Source: Escherichia coli
GTDB lineage: Bacteria; Pseudomonadota; Gammaproteobacteria; Enterobacterales; Enterobacteriaceae
Reading direction: 5' to 3' (one strand)
Length of the DNA stretch: 64,000 bases
Assembly: GCF_003334765.1 (NCBI RefSeq)
Contig: NZ_QOWT01000004.1
The translations under genes were made by a program, and so were the position numbers. Below the pieces are notes generated by a model, which ran no database searches, had not been told where the DNA came from, and saw nothing but the letters and a program-made list of their open reading frames with translations. Positions 24,320 through 35,921 of this stretch are shown piece after piece (within the stretch, counting starts at the first letter, position 1; each line of letters starts with the position of its first letter).

Positions 24320-27300
24320 TTAACCTATAGTCATTAAGCTGGCGTTACCGCCAGCGGCAGCGGTATTCACACTCAGCGAACGCTCGATATACAGCCGTTC
24401 CAGAAGGATATTGCTTTCGCCACGGGCAAAACCCTGCACCGAAACAATTGTGCCATCCCGCGCGGCAACTGCTTCACACAATGCGCGAAGCTGATCCGAA
24501 TCACCGTGGAAGATCACCGCATCAAACGGTTGAGCGGTTATATTTTCCGCTTTCGCCAGTTGAATACGTTCGCTGACTGCCGATGGCAATGCCTTCACTA
24601 ACTGACGATGCAGCGCGTCATCCGGCCACAGTACCTGGCTGCCCACCGCCAGCACGGCGGCGAGCTGAGTCAGCGCATCCTGCTCATCATCGGCAATACA
24701 CAACACGCGCTCACGCGGCAGCAGCGTCCAGGTGTTGCGTTCACCCGTCGGCCCCGGCAGCAATCGTTGTGTTCCTGCCTGCGCCAGCTCGCCATATTGC
24801 GTACATAACGCCTGCAATTCTGGACGATTTGCTGCCCATTCCCGCAGTGCATTTAGCGGCTGAGTCAATGCGGCTTTCAACTGCGCATCGACCGGATACT
24901 TTGCATCCTGACGCGCGAGCGTCACTGCCAGCGCACTTTCCGGGCGATTCGCCAGCAGACGGTAGAGATAGAGCGGACCGCCTGCTTTCGGCCCGGTACC
25001 GGACAACCCTTCGCCGCCGAACGGCTGCACACCAACCACTGCGCCCACCATATTACGGTTAACATACAGGTTACCAACATGGGCCGAGCCAGTGACCTGG
25101 GCGATGGTTTCATCAATGCGCGTATGGACGCCAAGCGTCAGACCATAACCGGAAGCGTTAATCTGCTCGATCAGCTCTGGTAGCTGGTTACGGTTGTAAC
25201 GCACCACATGCAGCACCGGACCAAAGACCTCTTTTTGCAATTCGGCAAAGTCATCCAGTTCGATCAGCGTCGGGGCGACAAAGGTGCCGCTTTGCCATTC
25301 ACGGGCATCTTCGCTGTTTTCCCGCACCGCCTGGAACACCGGACGGCCTTTGCTACGCATGGTCTGAATATGGCGCTCAATATTGGCTTTCGCTTCGCTA
25401 TCAATCACTGGACCGATATCGGTGGTCAGGCGACCCGGATTACCTATCCGGCATTCGGCCATTGCGCCGCGCAGCATTTTCAACGTGTGGTCGGCAATCT
25501 CATCTTGCAGGCACAGCACGCGCAGCGCCGAACAACGCTGACCCGCACTGTCGAACGCCGAGGCCAGTACATCCACGACGACCTGTTCGGTCAGTGCTGA
25601 AGAATCGACAATCATCGCGTTCATGCCGCCGGTTTCAGCGATGAGCGGAATAGGGCGACCCTGAGCGTCTAGGCGGCTGGCGATATTGCGCTGCAGTAAC
25701 GTAGCGACTTCGGTTGAACCGGTAAACATCACCCCGCGCACGCGATCATCACCCGTCAGTTGCGCGCCCACGGTTTCACCCCGACCTGGCAGCAATTGCA
25801 CCACGCCTGGCGGTACACCCGCTTCCAGCAAAATGGCGATCCCTTGCGCGGCAATCAGCGGCGTTTGTTCTGCCGGTTTTGCCAGCACGCTGTTACCTGC
25901 CGCCAGTGCGGCGGCGATCTGCCCGGTGAAAATAGCCAGCGGGAAGTTCCACGGACTGATACACACCACAGGCCCTAATGGACGGTGGGTTTCGTTAGCG
26001 AAATCATCCCGCACCTGTCCGGCGTAGTAGTGGAGAAAATCGACCGCTTCGCGCACTTCGGCAATGGCGTTACTGAAGGTTTTTCCGGCCTCACGCACCA
26101 GAATACCAATCAGTTGCTGCATCTGGCTTTCCATCAGCACGGCAGCGCGGTGCAAAATCGCTGCGCGTTCAGCCGGAGGCGTGGCAAACCAGATTGGCGC
26201 GTTATTAACCGCACTTTCCAGCGCCTGTTCTACTTCACGCGGCGTGGCTTCACGCACATAGCCCACAATATCTTTCGGTTCCGCAGGGTTAATAACGGGC
26301 GACATCTCACCTGCCGCTACCGGTTGTTCCAGCATTGGCAAGGCCTGCCATTTTTGCAGTGCACTATTGAGCAGGGCAGAGGAGAGCGAGGCCAGGCGGT
26401 GTTCGTTAGCGAGATCCAGCCCTGCCGAGTTGTCGCGCCCGTGACCGTAAAGATCGCGCGGCAGGGGAATTTTCGGATGCGGTAATCCAGTTTGCCCTTC
26501 CTGTTGCGCCAGTTTTTCTACAGCAGTGACCGGATCGGCGACCAGTTCATCCAGTGGCAAAGAGGTGTCGGCAATACGGTTAACAAACGAGGTGTTAGCA
26601 CCGTTTTCCAGCAGGCGACGCACCAGATACGCCAACAGCGTTTCATGTGTGCCAACCGGAGCATAAATACGACACGGACGGTTAAGTTTGCCGTCGGCAA
26701 CTTTCCCGGTGACCTGCTCATACAGTGGCTCGCCCATACCATGCAGGCACTGGAACTCGTACTGACCCGGGTAGTAGTTCTGCCCCGCCAGTTGATAAAT
26801 CGCCGCCAGCGTATGGGCGTTGTGCGTCGCGAACTGCGGGTAGATTAGATTCGGCACCGCCAGCAGCTTTTTCGCACAGGCGAGATAAGAAACGTCGGTA
26901 TACACCTTGCGGGTATAAACCGGATAACCTTCAAGGCCGTCCATCTGCGCACGCTTAATTTCACTATCCCAGTACGCGCCTTTCACCAGGCGAATCATCA
27001 GACGGCGACGGCTGCGGGTGGCGAGATCAATCAGGTAATCGATCACCAACGGGCAGCGTTTTTGATAAGCCTGAATAACAAAACCGATGCCGTTCCAGCC
27101 TGCCAGTTCCGGCTCGAAACAGAGTTTTTCCAGCAGATCGAGGGAGATCTCCAGGCGATCGGACTCTTCGGCGTCAATGTTGATACCAATATCGTACTGA
27201 CGCGCCAGCAGGGTGAGTGATTTCAGACGCGGGTAAAGCTCTTCCATTACCCGGTCATACTGGGCGCGGCTATAACGCGGATGCAGCGCCGACAGTTTGA

Positions 27301-28282
27301 TTGAAATGCCCGGCCCTTCATAGATGCCACGACCGTTAGACGCTTTACCGATGGCGTGAATCGCCTGCTGATAGGAAACCATATACGCCTGTGCATCTGC
27401 GGCGGTCAGCGCGGCTTCGCCCAGCATATCGTAAGAGTAACGGAAACCTTTCTCTTCCAGCTTGCGGGCATTGGCTAACGCTTCCGCGATGGTTTCGCCA
27501 GTGACGAACTGCTCACCCATCAGGCGCATCGCCATATCCACACCTTTGCGGATCAGCGGTTCACCGCTTTTACCGATAATGCGGTTCAGCGAGCGGGAGA
27601 GGCTGGCTTCGTTATGGGTGGAAACCAGTTTGCCAGTAAACAGCAGCCCCCAGGTGGCGGCATTAACAAACAGTGACGGGCTACGACCAATGTGTGACTG
27701 CCAGTTACCGTTGCTGATTTTGTCGCGAATTAACGCGTCGCGGGTGGCTTTGTCGGGAATACGCAACAACGCTTCCGCCAGACACATCAGCGCCACGCCT
27801 TCCTGCGATGACAGCGAAAACTCCTGCAATAACCCCTGGACCATACCTGCGCGACCACTGGCATTTTTTTGATTACGCAGTTTATCGGCCAGCTGATACG
27901 CCAGTTTGTGCGCCTGTTCAGCAACTGGCTGCGGCAGGCGGGCTTGTTCCAGCAGCATAGAAACCGCTTCGGTTTCCGGGCGGCGATAGGCCGCGGTGAT
28001 CGCGGCGCGGGAAACCGACTGGGGCAATATTTGCTCGGCAAAGTCGAGGAATGGCTGGTGTGGTTCCTCTGCCGGAGTCGGTGCTTCATCGCTCTCATTG
28101 GCCGCGCCAGAAAGCAGCGCAGGTAGCTCCGGCAGAGTATCGCTGTTTTCCAGTTGTTCGAGATAAGAAAAAATCGCCTGCTTAATTAACCAGTGTGGTG
28201 TGCGATCGATACGTGTCGCGGCAGACTTAATACGCTCACGCGTCGCGTCGTCCAGCTTAACCCCCATGGTGGTGGTTCCCAT
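24320..28282 (-). CDS. putA: Bifunctional proline dehydrogenase / P5C dehydrogenase and transcriptional repressor PutA
   Basis: 1320-aa frame from MGTTTMGVKLDDATRERIK (N-terminal RHH DNA-binding domain), PRODH and aldehyde dehydrogenase domains. Confidence 0.95.
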   Translation of the reverse strand: MGTTTMGVKLDDATRERIKSAATRIDRTPHWLIKQAIFSYLEQLENSDTLPELPALLSGAANESDEAPTPAEEPHQPFLDFAEQILPQSVSRAAITAAYRRPETEAVSMLLEQARLPQPVAEQAHKLAYQLADKLRNQKNASGRAGMVQGLLQEFSLSSQEGVALMCLAEALLRIPDKATRDALIRDKISNGNWQSHIGRSPSLFVNAATWGLLFTGKLVSTHNEASLSRSLNRIIGKSGEPLIRKGVDMAMRLMGEQFVTGETIAEALANARKLEEKGFRYSYDMLGEAALTAADAQAYMVSYQQAIHAIGKASNGRGIYEGPGISIKLSALHPRYSRAQYDRVMEELYPRLKSLTLLARQYDIGINIDAEESDRLEISLDLLEKLCFEPELAGWNGIGFVIQAYQKRCPLVIDYLIDLATRSRRRLMIRLVKGAYWDSEIKRAQMDGLEGYPVYTRKVYTDVSYLACAKKLLAVPNLIYPQFATHNAHTLAAIYQLAGQNYYPGQYEFQCLHGMGEPLYEQVTGKVADGKLNRPCRIYAPVGTHETLLAYLVRRLLENGANTSFVNRIADTSLPLDELVADPVTAVEKLAQQEGQTGLPHPKIPLPRDLYGHGRDNSAGLDLANEHRLASLSSALLNSALQKWQALPMLEQPVAAGEMSPVINPAEPKDIVGYVREATPREVEQALESAVNNAPIWFATPPAERAAILHRAAVLMESQMQQLIGILVREAGKTFSNAIAEVREAVDFLHYYAGQVRDDFANETHRPLGPVVCISPWNFPLAIFTGQIAAALAAGNSVLAKPAEQTPLIAAQGIAILLEAGVPPGVVQLLPGRGETVGAQLTGDDRVRGVMFTGSTEVATLLQRNIASRLDAQGRPIPLIAETGGMNAMIVDSSALTEQVVVDVLASAFDSAGQRCSALRVLCLQDEIADHTLKMLRGAMAECRIGNPGRLTTDIGPVIDSEAKANIERHIQTMRSKGRPVFQAVRENSEDAREWQSGTFVAPTLIELDDFAELQKEVFGPVLHVVRYNRNQLPELIEQINASGYGLTLGVHTRIDETIAQVTGSAHVGNLYVNRNMVGAVVGVQPFGGEGLSGTGPKAGGPLYLYRLLANRPESALAVTLARQDAKYPVDAQLKAALTQPLNALREWAANRPELQALCTQYGELAQAGTQRLLPGPTGERNTWTLLPRERVLCIADDEQDALTQLAAVLAVGSQVLWPDDALHRQLVKALPSAVSERIQLAKAENITAQPFDAVIFHGDSDQLRALCEAVAARDGTIVSVQGFARGESNILLERLYIERSLSVNTAAAGGNASLMTIG

Positions 28283-28341
28283 GCCATTACTCCTGTTGTT
28301 CAGAAAGGTGCAACTTAACGTTATCGTGAAATATCCATGAT

Positions 28342-28515
28342 GTTGCAACTTTGTGCAACCATGTTAAATGTGACATGCGTAGCAAGCTTAAAAATGAATG
28401 AAATGTTAATAAAAGAAATCGATATGACAGGGATTAAAAAAATAACTCAGACTTTTTCTCTGCGGCAGTTAACATTTTTGAAAGGTGCAACCGCAAAAAA
28501 TGTGAGAGAGTGCAA
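28342..28515. promoter_or_regulatory. put control region with multiple PutA operator motifs (GTTGCA / TGCAAC)
   Basis: GTTGCA at 28342-28347; TGCAAC at 28355-28360, 28485-28490, 28510-28515 in the divergent putA-putP intergenic region. Confidence 0.8.
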
Positions 28516-28704
28516 CCTGATGAAAAATAGTGTCGCTGAGCACTAAAATTTAATGTAAATGGTGTGTTAAATCGATTGTGAATAACCAGCGCTTCCGGCA
28601 GGATACGGTCGCCCTGGTAAAACATAAACTCTGTTACCCCGTTCCGGTGGCAGATATAACGGCAAGTTTCGACATTGCCGATAATAATTTTTTGGAGACT
28701 TTAG

Positions 28705-30213
<1,509 letters not shown>

Positions 30214-30511
30214 GGGACTTAGCCTGCGGCGGTTTTGTTTGGCTTCAGCAGCGGGTTGCGCTCCCTTAATGTGCCTCGCCATATAAATTGAATGGTGCAG
30301 GGAGCGCGCAGGGGGCGGCCAATCGCCGCCGCCCCCTGCTGTCCCGGCCTTCGGGGAACGCTTCAGCGATTTTGACGCCACCAACACCCGAGCTGTTATT
30401 ATGTTCCGGGCAAAAAGTTAGATTTGATAATCGCGGATGGACGAAATTGCTTGATACACCCGCTTATCAGTTTTACATGGAAGCTCTGATGCATTGAGTC
30501 TGGACAGTTTT

Positions 30512-30548
30512 GTCGGCTGGATACGGCGTTTACGCGGCATCCGGCAAG
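30512..30548. repeat. REP element (single palindromic unit)
   Basis: gtcggctggatacggcgtttacgcggcatccggcaag palindrome. Confidence 0.6.
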
Positions 30549-30678
30549 AACACATGGTTCTTTGCAAACAATCCCATCTTTCTACCCTGGAATAATCGTT
30601 TATATCCCTTGGCATTACCTCTCTTTGTTTACATTCCAACATCATTTTATAAACATTCCGCTTGTGTTTTTCTTTGCC

Positions 30679-30696
30679 GTAATGATAATCGCTATC
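30679..30696. promoter_or_regulatory. Fur box-like sequence (GTAATGATAATCGCTATC) upstream of efeU
   Basis: Close match to Fur consensus GATAATGATAATCATTATC about 60 nt upstream of the efeU start. Confidence 0.65.
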
Positions 30697-30755
30697 ACTG
30701 CGATTTACTTTTCTTTGCATAGATTGACTCAGAAAAACGTTTAAGGGTGGGTGGC

Positions 30756-31586
30756 ATGTTTGTTCCGTTTCTCATTATGTTGCGCGAAGGACTTGAAGCC
30801 GCGCTGATTGTCAGTTTGATTGCCAGCTATCTTAAGCGTACCCAGCGAGGCCGATGGATTGGTGTGATGTGGATTGGCGTGTTGCTTGCCGCTGCGTTGT
30901 GCCTGGGCTTGGGTATCTTCATTAACGAAACCACCGGCGAATTTCCGCAAAAAGAACAGGAACTGTTTGAAGGTATCGTGGCGGTGATCGCCGTGGTGAT
31001 CCTTACCTGGATGGTTTTCTGGATGCGCAAAGTGTCGCGCAACGTCAAAGTGCAACTGGAACAGGCAGTCGATAGCGCATTGCAGCGTGGAAATCATCAT
31101 GGCTGGGCGCTGGTGATGATGGTCTTTTTTGCCGTTGCAAGGGAAGGGCTGGAGTCGGTCTTTTTCCTGCTGGCGGCATTTCAACAAGATGTCGGGATCT
31201 GGCCGCCGCTGGGTGCAATGCTCGGTCTTGCTACTGCCGTGGTGCTAGGCTTCCTGCTCTACTGGGGCGGTATTCGCCTCAATCTTGGTGCATTTTTTAA
31301 ATGGACCAGCCTGTTTATTCTCTTCGTCGCCGCAGGGCTGGCAGCTGGTGCCATTCGCGCATTTCATGAAGCCGGATTGTGGAACCACTTTCAGGAAATC
31401 GCCTTCGATATGAGTGCGGTGCTCTCAACTCACTCGCTGTTTGGCACGCTGATGGAAGGGATTTTTGGCTATCAGGAAGCGCCGAGCGTCAGCGAAGTCG
31501 CCGTCTGGTTTATTTATCTCATCCCGGCGCTGGTGGCATTTGCTCTGCCACCACGCGCAGGGGCGACAGCGTCTCGCTCCGCGTAA
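30756..31586 (+). CDS. efeU: Ferrous iron permease EfeU (FTR1 family), apparently intact
   Basis: Uninterrupted 276-codon frame from MFVPFLIMLREGLEAALIV with two REGLE motifs (REGLEAA, REGLESV) and multiple TM segments. Confidence 0.9.
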   Translation: MFVPFLIMLREGLEAALIVSLIASYLKRTQRGRWIGVMWIGVLLAAALCLGLGIFINETTGEFPQKEQELFEGIVAVIAVVILTWMVFWMRKVSRNVKVQLEQAVDSALQRGNHHGWALVMMVFFAVAREGLESVFFLLAAFQQDVGIWPPLGAMLGLATAVVLGFLLYWGGIRLNLGAFFKWTSLFILFVAAGLAAGAIRAFHEAGLWNHFQEIAFDMSAVLSTHSLFGTLMEGIFGYQEAPSVSEVAVWFIYLIPALVAFALPPRAGATASRSA

Positions 31587-31643
31587 CAAATACGACGCAA
31601 ACTCTTGCTTAGTTACAACATACTTTAAAGGGATAGTCTCGTC

Positions 31644-32771
31644 ATGACCATTAACTTCCGCCGTAACGCATTGCAGTTGAGCGTGGCTGCGCTGTTTTCT
31701 TCTGCTTTTATGGCTAACGCCGCTGATGTGCCGCAGGTCAAAGTGACCGTGACGGATAAGCAGTGCGAACCGATGACCATTACGGTTAACGCCGGGAAAA
31801 CACAGTTCATTATTCAGAACCACAGCCAGAAGGCGCTGGAGTGGGAGATCCTCAAAGGCGTGATGGTGGTGGAAGAGCGGGAAAATATCGCCCCTGGCTT
31901 TAGCCAGAAAATGACGGCGAATTTACAGCCTGGCGAATACGATATGACCTGCGGTCTGCTGACTAACCCGAAAGGGAAGTTGATCGTCAAAGGTGAGGCA
32001 ACGGCGGATGCGGCGCAAAGTGATGCGCTGTTAAGTCTTGGTGGTGCAATTACTGCATATAAAGCGTATGTCATGGCGGAAACCACGCAGCTGGTGACCG
32101 ACACCAAAGCCTTTACCGACGCGATTAAAGCAGGCGATATCGAAAAAGCGAAAGCACTGTATGCACCGACGCGCCAGCACTATGAGCGTATTGAACCGAT
32201 TGCTGAACTGTTCTCCGATCTGGATGGCAGCATTGACGCCCGTGAAGATGATTACGAGCAAAAAGCCGCCGACCCAAAATTCACTGGTTTCCACCGTCTG
32301 GAAAAAGCATTGTTTGGCGACAACACCACCAAAGGGATGGATCAGTACGCTGAGCAGCTTTATACCGATGTGGTCGATTTGCAAAAACGCATCAGTGAAC
32401 TGGCTTTCCCACCTTCAAAAGTGGTCGGCGGCGCAGCCGGACTGATTGAGGAAGTGGCAGCCAGCAAAATTAGCGGTGAAGAAGATCGCTACAGCCACAC
32501 CGATCTGTGGGATTTCCAGGCTAACGTTGAAGGCTCGCAGAAAATTGTCGATTTGCTGCGTCCACAACTGCAAAAAGCCAACCCGGAACTGCTGGCAAAA
32601 GTCGATGCCAACTTTAAAAAGGTCGATACCATTCTGGCGAAATACCGTACTAAAGACGGTTTTGAAACCTACGACAAATTGACCGATGCCGACCGGAATG
32701 CACTGAAAGGACCGATTACTGCGCTGGCGGAAGATCTGGCGCAACTTCGCGGTGTGCTGGGACTGGATTAA
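31644..32771 (+). CDS. efeO: Periplasmic iron uptake protein EfeO (cupredoxin + M75 peptidase-like domains)
   Basis: 375-aa ORF with signal peptide, directly downstream of efeU. Confidence 0.9.
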   Translation: MTINFRRNALQLSVAALFSSAFMANAADVPQVKVTVTDKQCEPMTITVNAGKTQFIIQNHSQKALEWEILKGVMVVEERENIAPGFSQKMTANLQPGEYDMTCGLLTNPKGKLIVKGEATADAAQSDALLSLGGAITAYKAYVMAETTQLVTDTKAFTDAIKAGDIEKAKALYAPTRQHYERIEPIAELFSDLDGSIDAREDDYEQKAADPKFTGFHRLEKALFGDNTTKGMDQYAEQLYTDVVDLQKRISELAFPPSKVVGGAAGLIEEVAASKISGEEDRYSHTDLWDFQANVEGSQKIVDLLRPQLQKANPELLAKVDANFKKVDTILAKYRTKDGFETYDKLTDADRNALKGPITALAEDLAQLRGVLGLD

Positions 32772-32776
32772 GCGTT

Positions 32777-34048
32777 ATGCAGTATAAAGATGAAAACGGC
32801 GTGAATGAACCGTCACGCCGACGTTTACTGAAAGTGATAGGTGCACTGGCGCTGGCGGGAAGTTGTCCGGTCGCTCATGCACAAAAAACGCAAAGTGCGC
32901 CGGGTACGCTTTCACCGGATGCTCGCAATGAGAAACAGCCGTTTTATGGTGAGCATCAGGCAGGGATCCTGACGCCACAACAGGCCGCAATGATGCTGGT
33001 GGCGTTTGATGTGCTTGCCAGCGATAAAGCCGATCTTGAGCGGTTGTTTCGCTTGTTGACTCAGCGTTTTGCTTTTCTGACTCAGGGCGGAGCAGCACCA
33101 GAAACGCCAAATCCGCGCCTGCCACCACTCGATTCCGGCATTCTTGGCGGCTACATTGCGCCCGATAATCTCACCATCACGTTATCGGTGGGTCACTCAT
33201 TGTTTGATGAGCGCTTTGGCCTTGCGCCACAGATGCCAAAAAAGCTGCAGAAGATGACGCGTTTCCCCAACGACTCGCTGGATGCGGCGTTATGTCATGG
33301 TGATGTGTTGCTACAGATTTGCGCCAACACCCAGGACACGGTTATCCATGCGCTGCGCGATATCATCAAACACACGCCGGATTTGCTCAGTGTGCGCTGG
33401 AAGCGGGAAGGGTTTATTTCCGATCACGCGGCGCGTAGTAAAGGCAAAGAGACGCCGATTAATTTGCTGGGTTTCAAAGACGGCACTGCCAATCCCGATA
33501 GCCAGAATGATAAGTTGATGCAAAAAGTGGTGTGGGTAACGGCAGATCAGCAGGAGCCTGCGTGGACAATCGGTGGCAGCTATCAGGCAGTACGCTTGAT
33601 TCAGTTTCGAGTGGAATTTTGGGACAGAACGCCGCTGAAAGAACAGCAGACGATTTTTGGCCGTGATAAGCAAACCGGTGCGCCGCTGGGAATGCAGCAT
33701 GAGCATGATGTGCCTGATTACGCCAGCGACCCGGAAGGGAAGGTGATCGCGCTGGACAGCCATATCCGGCTGGCGAATCCCCGCACGGCGGAGAGTGAGT
33801 CCAGCCTGATGCTGCGTCGTGGCTACAGTTATTCACTGGGCGTCACCAACTCCGGGCAACTGGATATGGGGTTGCTGTTTGTCTGCTACCAACACGATCT
33901 GGAAAAAGGCTTCCTGACAGTACAAAAAAGGCTCAATGGCGAAGCGCTGGAGGAATACGTTAAACCTATCGGCGGCGGTTATTTTTTTGCGCTGCCGGGG
34001 GTGAAGGACGCGAACGATTATTTCGGAAGCGCGTTATTGCGGGTTTAA
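32777..34048 (+). CDS. efeB: Tat-exported DyP-type haem peroxidase EfeB
   Basis: 423-aa ORF with twin-arginine signal ([16 protein letters not shown]), DyP-type peroxidase family. Confidence 0.9.
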   Translation: MQYKDENGVNEPSRRRLLKVIGALALAGSCPVAHAQKTQSAPGTLSPDARNEKQPFYGEHQAGILTPQQAAMMLVAFDVLASDKADLERLFRLLTQRFAFLTQGGAAPETPNPRLPPLDSGILGGYIAPDNLTITLSVGHSLFDERFGLAPQMPKKLQKMTRFPNDSLDAALCHGDVLLQICANTQDTVIHALRDIIKHTPDLLSVRWKREGFISDHAARSKGKETPINLLGFKDGTANPDSQNDKLMQKVVWVTADQQEPAWTIGGSYQAVRLIQFRVEFWDRTPLKEQQTIFGRDKQTGAPLGMQHEHDVPDYASDPEGKVIALDSHIRLANPRTAESESSLMLRRGYSYSLGVTNSGQLDMGLLFVCYQHDLEKGFLTVQKRLNGEALEEYVKPIGGGYFFALPGVKDANDYFGSALLRV

Positions 34049-34054
34049 TGTTTT

Positions 34055-34195
34055 TAGGCGGATAAGGCATTTGTGCGCAGATGCCTGATGCGACGCTTGC
34101 GCGTCTTATCATGCCTACAATCAGTGCGGGTTTGGTAGGCTGGATAAGGCGTTCACGCCGCATCCGGCGATCGTGCACTGATGCCTGATGCAAAT
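34055..34195. repeat. REP/BIME cluster between efeB and phoH
   Basis: Several units of gcctgatgcgacgcttgcgcgtcttatcatgcctac / ggataaggcgttcacgccgcatccggc type. Confidence 0.7.
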
Positions 34196-34225
34196 CCTGC
34201 TGAAAGCACACAGCTTTTTTCATCA

Positions 34226-34243
34226 CTGTCATCACTCTGTCAT
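34226..34243 (+). promoter_or_regulatory. Pho box (CTGTCAT-CACT-CTGTCAT), PhoB binding site upstream of phoH
   Basis: Two direct CTGTCAT heptamers separated by 4 nt, about 150 nt upstream of the phoH ORF. Confidence 0.8.
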
Positions 34244-34392
34244 CTTTCCAGTAGAAACTAATGTCACTGAAATGGTGTTTTATAGTTAAATATAAGTAAA
34301 TATATTGTTGCAATAAATGCGAGATCTGTTGTACTTATTAAGTAGCAGCGGAAGTTCCCGGCAGTGATAGTCAGTCACTATGGAGATCGCGG

Positions 34393-35457
34393 ATGGTAAC
34401 GTCCTGTACTGGACATGTTTTAGATAATCAACGCGCCACCACTCGCGGAGTTTTCTCCTCCGGTAGTCATCTCGTCACTTTGCATTTTCAACCTCATCCT
34501 TTCTTTTCATGTGTTACCGACGCCGTAAACGGTGCGCGTAGCCGTTTTTCGGCATTTTATCCAAAAGCAAACTATGGCTTACAAGGAAGCCAACCCTCTG
34601 ATGTTCGTGCGCATAATCGCGCTGCCAACGGCGCGTGTGATGAATACAAACAACTCAAGGTGCTCTCCATGGGAAGACAAAAAGCAGTGATCAAAGCTCG
34701 TCGCGAGGCAAAACGTGTGCTGAGACGGGATTCGCGCAGCCATAAGCAGCGTGAAGAAGAATCGGTCACCTCGCTTGTGCAGATGGGCGGCGTAGAAGCC
34801 ATTGGTATGGCCCGCGACAGTCGCGATACTTCGCCCATCCTCGCGCGAAATGAAGCGCAATTGCACTATCTGAAGGCTATTGAGAGTAAGCAGCTGATAT
34901 TCGCCACGGGCGAAGCCGGGTGCGGAAAAACCTGGATCAGCGCAGCAAAAGCGGCAGAGGCCCTGATACATAAGGATGTCGACAGGATTATCGTCACCCG
35001 TCCAGTTCTGCAAGCCGATGAAGATCTTGGCTTCTTACCTGGAGATATCGCAGAAAAGTTTGCTCCCTATTTTCGCCCGGTCTACGACGTGCTGGTCCGG
35101 CGCTTAGGGGCTTCCTTTATGCAGTACTGCCTGCGACCGGAAATAGGGAAGGTGGAAATTGCGCCGTTCGCCTATATGCGTGGACGTACCTTTGAAAATG
35201 CAGTCGTCATTCTTGACGAGGCGCAGAATGTGACTGCCGCGCAAATGAAAATGTTTTTAACCCGCCTCGGGGAGAACGTGACGGTTATCGTCAACGGTGA
35301 TATCACGCAATGCGATTTGCCTCGCGGCGTGTGCTCCGGATTAAGTGACGCGCTGGAACGTTTCGAAGAAGATGAAATGGTTGGGATCGTCCGGTTCGGT
35401 AAAGAGGACTGCGTACGTTCGGCACTTTGCCAACGTACGCTGCATGCCTACAGTTAA
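34393..35457 (+). CDS. phoH: PhoH, phosphate-starvation-inducible ATPase (PhoH family)
   Basis: 354-aa ORF with Walker A (GEAGCGKT) and PhoH-family C-terminal domain. Confidence 0.9.
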   Translation: MVTSCTGHVLDNQRATTRGVFSSGSHLVTLHFQPHPFFSCVTDAVNGARSRFSAFYPKANYGLQGSQPSDVRAHNRAANGACDEYKQLKVLSMGRQKAVIKARREAKRVLRRDSRSHKQREEESVTSLVQMGGVEAIGMARDSRDTSPILARNEAQLHYLKAIESKQLIFATGEAGCGKTWISAAKAAEALIHKDVDRIIVTRPVLQADEDLGFLPGDIAEKFAPYFRPVYDVLVRRLGASFMQYCLRPEIGKVEIAPFAYMRGRTFENAVVILDEAQNVTAAQMKMFLTRLGENVTVIVNGDITQCDLPRGVCSGLSDALERFEEDEMVGIVRFGKEDCVRSALCQRTLHAYS

Positions 35458-35506
35458 GTGTGTTATCGGTGCAGAGCCCGGGCGAACCGGGCTTTGTTTT
35501 GGGTGT

Positions 35507-35920
35507 TTATGCCCGGACTAGCGCTTTTTCTGAAACAACCATTTTTATTTGCCCCTGGCTGGTGAAGTGTACGCTCATCCTGTGGCTTTTTTGTAGTTGC
35601 TGATAGAGCTCATCAGGTATTGCTAAGCTCTCTGCATATTCTTGCGGCGTATATTGGTAGGCTGCATGATGCTGCTGTTTTTGAAAACGCAGCTTATTGT
35701 ACAGCGCCCAGACAATTAACACGACGGCATTCGCCACTGCCAGCAAAAAATAGAACTGAAGTCGGCTTCTGGCCTCGCTTTGCCAGTAATAACCCGTCAG
35801 CAGATCCATGGCGAATAAGAATATGAACAACGCAAATAATGTCCACAAGATGGTTGTGGCAACATAATCAACCAGTAAACGTACTGGTGATTGTCGGGTC
35901 GTAATAATTAAATTGTTCAT
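35507..35920 (-). CDS. pgaD: PgaD, PNAG synthesis accessory membrane protein
   Basis: 137-aa two-TM ORF immediately downstream of pgaC. Confidence 0.9.
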
Positions 35921-35921
35921 A

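Noticed and set aside
24320-28348. Antisense and nested ORFs within putA, and the N-terminally extended putA ORF (1342 aa)
   Set aside because: putA matches the known 1320-aa protein from an internal Met (MGTTTMGVKLDD); the extension would run into the PutA operator region. Antisense ORFs have no independent support.
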